A stretch of DNA of 64,000 nucleotides from Eledone cirrhosa (taxonomy: Eukaryota): contig OZ024742.1 in NCBI GenBank assembly GCA_964016885.1, positions 376,464,001-376,528,000 on the forward strand. The letters run 5' to 3'. The notes below the pieces were generated by a model, which did not search any database, was not told the DNA's origin, and was given only the letters and a program-made list of their open reading frames with translations. The first letter of the stretch is position 1. The number at the start of each line of letters is the position of its first letter. This document shows positions 57,601 to 64,000 of this stretch, one piece after another. Both the position numbers and the translations under genes were made by a program.

Positions 57601-60600
57601 ATAATAATACAGACAGAGTGTAATATAATAATACAGACAGATTGTAATATAATAATACAGAGTGTGTAATATAATAATACAGACAGAGTGTAATATAATA
57701 ATACAGTCAGAGTGTAATATAATAATACAGACAGAGTGTAATATAATAATACAGATAGAGTGTAATATAATAATACAGACAGAGTGTAATATAATAATAC
57801 AGAGAGTGTAATATAATATTGCAGACAGAGTGTAATATAATAATACAGACAGAGTGTAATATAATAATACAGACAGAGTGTAATATAATAATACAGACAG
57901 AGTGTAATATAATAATACAGATAGAGTGTAATATAATAATACAGACAGAGTGTAATATAATAATACAGAGAGTGTAATATAATAATACAGACAGAGTGTA
58001 ATATAATAATACAGACAGAGTGTAATATAATAATACAGAGAGTGTAATATAATAATACAGACAGAGTGTAATATAATAATACAGACAGAGTGTAATATAA
58101 TAATACAGATAGAGTGTAATATAATAATACAGACAGAGTGTAATATAATAATACAGATAGAGTGTAATATAATAATACAGACAGAGTGTAATATAATAAT
58201 ACAGAAAGAGTGTAATATAATAATACAGACAGAGTTTAATATAATAATACAGAGAGTGTAATATAATAATACAGAGAGTGTAATATAATAATACAGACAG
58301 AGTGTAATATATTAATACAGACAGAGTGTAATATAATAATACAGACAGAGTTTAATATAATAATACATAGAGTGTAATATAATAATACAGACAGACTGTA
58401 ATATAATAATACAGATAGAGTGTAATATAATAATACAGACAGAGTGTAATATAATAAGACAGACAACGTGTAATATAATAATACAGACAGAGTGTAATAT
58501 AATAATACAGACAGAGTGTAATATAATAATAGAGACAGAGTGTAATATAATAATACAGACAGAGTGTAATATATTAATACAGACAGAGTGTAATATAATA
58601 ATACAGAGAGTGTAATATAATAATACAGAGTGTGTAATATAATAATACAGACATATTGTAATATAATAATACATACAGAGTGTAATATAATAATACAGAC
58701 AGAGTGTAATATAATAATACAGACAGGGTGTAATATAATAATACAGACAGAGTGTAATATAATAATGCAGACAGAGTGTAATATAATAATACAGACAGAG
58801 TGTAATATAACAATACAGACAGAGTGTAATATAACAATACAGACAGAGTGTAATATAATAATACAGACAGAGTGTAGTATAACAATACAGACAGAGTGTA
58901 ATATAATAATACAGACAGAGTGTAATATAATAATACAGAGAGTGTAATATAATATTACAGACAGAGTGTAATATAATAATACAGACAGAGTGTAATATAA
59001 TAATACAGAGAGTGTAATATAACAATACAGACAGAGTGTAATATAATAATACAGACAGAGTGTAATATAATAATACATAGAGAGTGTAATATAATAATAC
59101 AGAGAGTGTAATATAATAATACAGACAGAGTGTAATATAATAATACAGACAGAGTGTAATATAACAATACAGACAGAGTGTAATATAACAATACAGACAG
59201 AGTGTAATATAACAATACAGACAGAGTGTAATATAATAATACAGACAGAGTGTAATATAATAATACAGACAGAGTGTAATATAACAATACAGACAGAGTG
59301 TAATATAATAATACAGAGAGTGTGATATAATAATACAGACAGAGTGTAATATAATAATACAGACAGAGTGTAATATAACAATACAGAGAGTGTAATATAA
59401 TAATACAGACAGAGTGTAATATAACAATACAGACGGAGTGTAATATAATAATACAGAGAGTGTAATATAACAATACAGACAGAGTGTAATATAATAATAC
59501 AGACAGAGTGTAATATAACAATACAGACAGAGTGTAATATAATAATACAGACAGAGTGTAATATAATAATACAGACAGAGTGTAATATAATAATACAGGG
59601 AGTGTAATATAATAATACAGACAGAGTGTAATATAACAATACAGACAGAGTGTAATATAATAATACAGAGTGTAATATAACAATACAGACAGAGTGTAAT
59701 ATAATAATACAGACAGAGTGTAATATAATAATACAGACAGAGTGTAATATAATAATACAGAGAGTGTGTAATATAATAATACAGACAGAGTGTAATATAA
59801 TAATACAGACAGAGTGTAATATAATAATACAGACAGAGTGTAAAATAATAATACAGACAGAGTGTAATATAACAATACAGACAGAGTGTAATATAATAAT
59901 ACAGAGAGTGTGTAATATAATAATACAGACAGAGTGTAATATAACAATACAGACAGAGTGTAATATAACAATACAGAGAGTGTAATATAACAATACAGAG
60001 AGTGTAATATAATAATACAGACAGAGTGTAATATAATAATACAGACAGAGTGTAATATAATAATACAGACAGAGTGTAATATAATAATACAGACAGAGTG
60101 TAATATAATAATAGAGACAGAGTGTAATATAACAATACAGACAGAGTGTAATATAATAATACAGAGAGTGTAATATAACAATACAGACAGAGTGTAATAT
60201 AATAATACAGACAGAGTGTAATATAACAATACAGACAGAGTGTAATATAATAATACAGACAGAGTGTAATATAATAATACAGACAGAGTGTAATATAATA
60301 ATACAGAGAGTGTAATATAATAATACAGACAGAGTGTAATATAATAATACAGAGTGTAATATAACAATACAGACAGAGTGTAATATAATAATACAGACAG
60401 AGTGTAATATAATAATACAGACAGAGTGTAATATAACAATACAGACAGAGTGTAATATAATAATACAGAGAGTGTGTAATATAATAATACAGACAGAGTG
60501 TAATATAATAATACAGACAGAGTGTAATATAATAATACAGACAGAGTGTAATATAATAATACAGACAGAGTGTAATATAATAATACAGACAGAGTGTAAT

Positions 60601-62411
60601 ATAATAATACAGAGAGTGTGTAATATAATAATACAGACAGAGTGTAATATAATAATACAGACAGAGTGTAATATAACAATACAGACAGAGTGTAATATAA
60701 CAATACAGAGAGTGTAATATAATAATACAGACAGAGTGTAATATAATAATACAGACAGAGTGTAATATAATAATACAGACAGAGTGTAATATAATAATAC
60801 AGAGAGTCTAATATAATAATACAGACAGAGTGTAATATAATAATACAGACAGAGTGTAATATATTAATACAGACAGAGTGTAATATAACAATACAGAGAG
60901 TCTAATATAATAATACAGACAGAGTGTAATATAATAATACAGACAGAGTGTAATATATTAATACAGACAGAGTGTAATATAACAATACAGAGAGTGTAAT
61001 ATAATAATACAGAGTGTGTAATATAATAATACAGACAGATTGTAATATAATAATACAGACAGAGTGTAATATAATAATACAGACAGAGTGTAATATAATA
61101 ATACAGTGAGAGTGTAATATAATAATACAGACAGAGTGTAATATAACAATACAGACATATTGTAATATAATAATACAGACAGAGTGTAATATAATAATAC
61201 AGACAGAGTGTAATATAACAATACAGACAGAGTGTAACATAATAATACAGACAGGGTGTAATATATTAATACAGACAGAGTGTAATATAATAATACAGAG
61301 AGTGTAATATAATAATACAGACAGAGTGTAATATAATAATACAGACAGAGTGTAATATAACAATACAGACAGAGTGTAATATAATAATACAGACAGAGTG
61401 TAATATAACAATACAGACAGAGTGTAATATAATAATACAGACAGGGTGTAATATATTAATACAGACAGAGTGTAATATAATAATACAGAGAGTGTGATAT
61501 AATAATACAGACAGAGTGTAATATATTAATACAGACAGAGTGTAATATAATAATACAGACAGAGTGTAGTATATTAATACAGACAGAGTGTAATATAATA
61601 ATACAGACAGTGTGTAATATAATAATACAGACAGAGTGTAATATAATAATACAGAGAGTGTGTAATATAATAATACAGACAGAGTGTAATATATTGATAC
61701 AGACAGAGTGTAATATATTAATACAGACAGAGTGTAATATAATAATACAGACAGAGTGTAATATAACAATACAGACAGAGTGTAATATAATAATACAGAC
61801 AGAGTGTAATATAATAATACAGATAGAGTGTAATATAATAATACAGACAGAGTGTAATATAATAATACAGACAGAGTGTAATATAATAATACAGAGAGTG
61901 TGTAATATAATAATACAGACAGAGTGTAATATAATAATACAGACAGAGTGTAATATATTGATACAGACAGAGTGTAATATATTAATACAGACAGAGTGTA
62001 ATATAATAATACAGACAGAGTGTAATATAATAATACATACAGAGTGTAATATAATAATACAGAGAGTGTGTAATATAATAATACAGAGAGTGTAATATAA
62101 TAATACAGACAGAGTGTAATATAATAATACAGACAGAGTGTAATATAATAATACAGACAGAGTGTAATATAATAATACAGACAGAGCGTAATATAATAAT
62201 ACAGAGAGAGAGTAATATAATAATACAGACAGAGTGTAATATAATAATACAGACAGAGTGTAATATAATAATACAGACAGAGTGTAATATAATAATACAG
62301 ACAGAGTGTAATATAACAATACAGACAGAGTGTAATATAATAATACAGACAGAGTGTAATATAATAATACAGATAGAGTGTAATATAATAATACAGACAG
62401 AGTGTAATATA
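39693..62411. repeat. 24-bp minisatellite array, about 22.7 kb and about 960 units
   Basis: Consensus ACAGACAGAGTGTAATATAATAAT. Frequent 22-bp (ACAGAGAGTG..., ACAGAGTGTG...) and occasional 20-bp variants occur, along with recurrent point variants (AACAAT, ATTAAT, AGATAG, AGTGAG). Confidence 0.99.
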
Positions 62412-62417
62412 TATTTC

Positions 62418-62423
62418 TTTATT
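62418..62423 (-). promoter_or_regulatory. Polyadenylation signal AATAAA at the 3' end of the Tx1-like element
   Basis: TTTATT on the plus strand at 62418-62423, a few bases from the element/minisatellite junction. Confidence 0.65.
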
Positions 62424-62650
62424 AGCCACAGGGGCACAAAAGAAGGGGACAAATACAAAGGGGGAAGTTTACATACAATAAAAACGTGTAAAATGTTATC
62501 ACAGATGGAATTTAAAAGTTAGTCGATTTTCCCCAATAGAGGGAGACAGTTTATATGGGTAACACAGACCCCCGAAAAAAATGTGCAACCCTCATCTCCA
62601 GGAGTACGAAGAGCTTGTACTCCTTTCCTCTCCTCCTCCTTTTCCTCAAC

Positions 62651-64000
62651 CTACAGGCTGATATAGAGAGAAGGCCCATTCACTCGGGCCATTCTCGCCA
62701 CTTTTACCCACCTTTCATAAAACTTGCTGGGGTACAGCACCTCTCTCTCCATCCTGATTCTTCTTCCAAAGTGGTATTTGAAAAAAAGAATCAGTTGTTG
62801 GCCGGAGAGAAAGGTGTCTGACCTCAGCCCTTTCAACCTTGTCCACCATACAACCTCTTTCGCCATAGCTATCACACAAAGGAAAACCGCCTCTCCTTCG
62901 TTTTTGAAGGAGGGTGGCGGTTTGATCATGACAATGGACTCGGTGGTTAACTGGATTGGTCCCACCCGCGACAATAGTCGTTCTACATAGCCCCACAGGT
63001 CAGTGACGCCCGGGCAGTGTATGAATGCGTGCGCGACGGTTTCTTCGTCTCGCACGCACCTCGGACAAATCTTTTTTGCAGGGTCCCTGCCCGGGCGCCC
63101 ATGTCTGTAGAGCTTGTCTCGAACTGGTAGAGCTCCTCGGTAGCACTGCCAGGCCAGGGACTTTTGGAAGTTGTCCATCGGTCCCGGGCGGAAGGTCCTA
63201 CCGAACAGACTGGCCAGTTCATCTTCCTCCACGCCTAGAGTTTCACCGAGCGCGTCGTCGCACTTGCTGCGGATCAACCCTCTATAGAATGACGAAGTGG
63301 AGTCTCCACTGATCGCTGGGTCCGCCTGCCAGAGGGCTGTGAGCGCCTGAGCACATTCGATGTGCCAGTCGCCCATTTTCCTCGGTCTCTGCTTGACCCA
63401 GGACTGCAGCTCGGTCAGCGAGACGAGTCGTGGGAAGGCTCACCTCACGAACGGGGCCCACACCGGTTGTCCGGTGAGGAATACGTAGAGATGCCGCAGC
63501 CTGAGCGCGTGTTTGCGCATCGTCAACCACGGCATCCCCAGCCCTCCGTTAGAAGGGTGTTGGCAGCAGATGGATCTTCTTACCAAAGGAGCCCGCCTCT
63601 TCCAAAGGAATCGGAAGAGAGCGCGCTCCATTTTGGCGAGCGTTTTGGCTGGACAAGGCACGACGGTCAAGCGGTAGTAGATGGCGGACGCTATAAAAGT
63701 GTTCGCCACCTCCGCTCGACCTTTCAAGGATAGTTTGCACTCGGCCCACTTCTGGGTGAGTGCAAACACCTTGGCCGTCACTTCGTTCCAGTTCTTCTCC
63801 ACCTGGAGGTCCGGACCAAACCAGACCCCGAGCAGCTTTACCGGTCCTTCCGTCCAGCGTCCGACGACGCCATCGGAAGGCATCGGTCTGCCTCTCCACG
63901 ATCCGAGTTGCAAACCGATGGACTTGTCCCGGTTCAGCTTCGCTCCTGTGAGACTTTCGTATTCCTTTAGTAAGGTGCCGACTTCCTCGATTTGCGAGGC
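62651..64000 (-). pseudogene. ORF2 (reverse transcriptase C-terminus and zinc knuckle) of the Tx1-like element, interrupted by one in-frame TGA at 63440-63442
   Basis: Track ORFs 63440..63913 and 62651..63376 share one frame. That frame is open from 64000 (ASQIEEVGTLLKEYESLTGAKLNRDKSIGLQLGSW...) and reads ...APFVR*AFPRLVSLTELQSWVKQRPRKMGDW... The motif CPRC-x8-H-x4-C (CPRCVRDEETVAHAFIHC) lies at 63014-63067. Confidence 0.9.

Larger units (their letters stand above)
62412..64000 (-). mobile_element. Tx1/L1-clade non-LTR retrotransposon, 3' portion (continues beyond the window)
   Basis: Minus-strand RT C-terminal motifs (EYESLTGAKLNRDKS, VKLLGVWF, LSLKGRAEVANTF, FRFLW, GGLG) and a zf-RVT-type CCHC knuckle. 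A 3' UTR of about 240 bp ends in AATAAAGAAAT. The region is markedly more GC- and CpG-rich than its flanks. Confidence 0.93.

Noticed and set aside
1-62411. CRISPR-like array interpretation of either tandem repeat
   Set aside because: Units are contiguous with no unique spacers, there are no cas genes, and the context is eukaryotic.
39561-62458. Dozens of long ORFs (up to 1106 aa; LSVLLYYT, CIIILHSV, LYYYITLC, CNIIIQTE repeats)
   Set aside because: These are artefacts of a 24-bp unit whose minus strand has no stop codon in any frame. They overlap in all three frames and switch phase freely at 22- and 20-bp variants, showing no frame constraint.
62555-63951. Plus-strand and alternative-frame ORFs overlapping the Tx1-like element
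   Set aside because: They are shadow ORFs of GC-rich retrotransposon coding sequence with no recognisable motifs.

Overview
This is AT-rich, almost entirely repetitive eukaryotic DNA. The repeat content (CORE-type tRNA-SINE, RTE tails ending in (ATG)n, abundant (AT)n, very long minisatellites) resembles a mollusc or cephalopod genome such as Octopus; that assignment is inference. The window has four parts. (1) 1-38463 is an 80-bp satellite of about 480 monomers that runs off the left edge and was built by nested multi-kb duplications. (2) 38464-39692 is a 1.2-kb island with microsatellites, a 5'-truncated RTE LINE 3' end, two small palindromes made of fold-back RTE tails, a minus-strand CORE-SINE and a candidate 58-nt minus-strand exon. 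(3) 39693-62411 is a 24-bp minisatellite of about 960 units whose monomer is essentially that candidate exon's splice-acceptor region without the AG. (4) 62412-64000 is the 3' part of a Tx1/L1-type non-LTR retrotransposon (minus strand; RT C-terminus plus CCHC knuckle; one premature stop) that abuts the minisatellite. Almost all long ORFs in the track are repeat artefacts. There is no CRISPR array and no prokaryotic gene.
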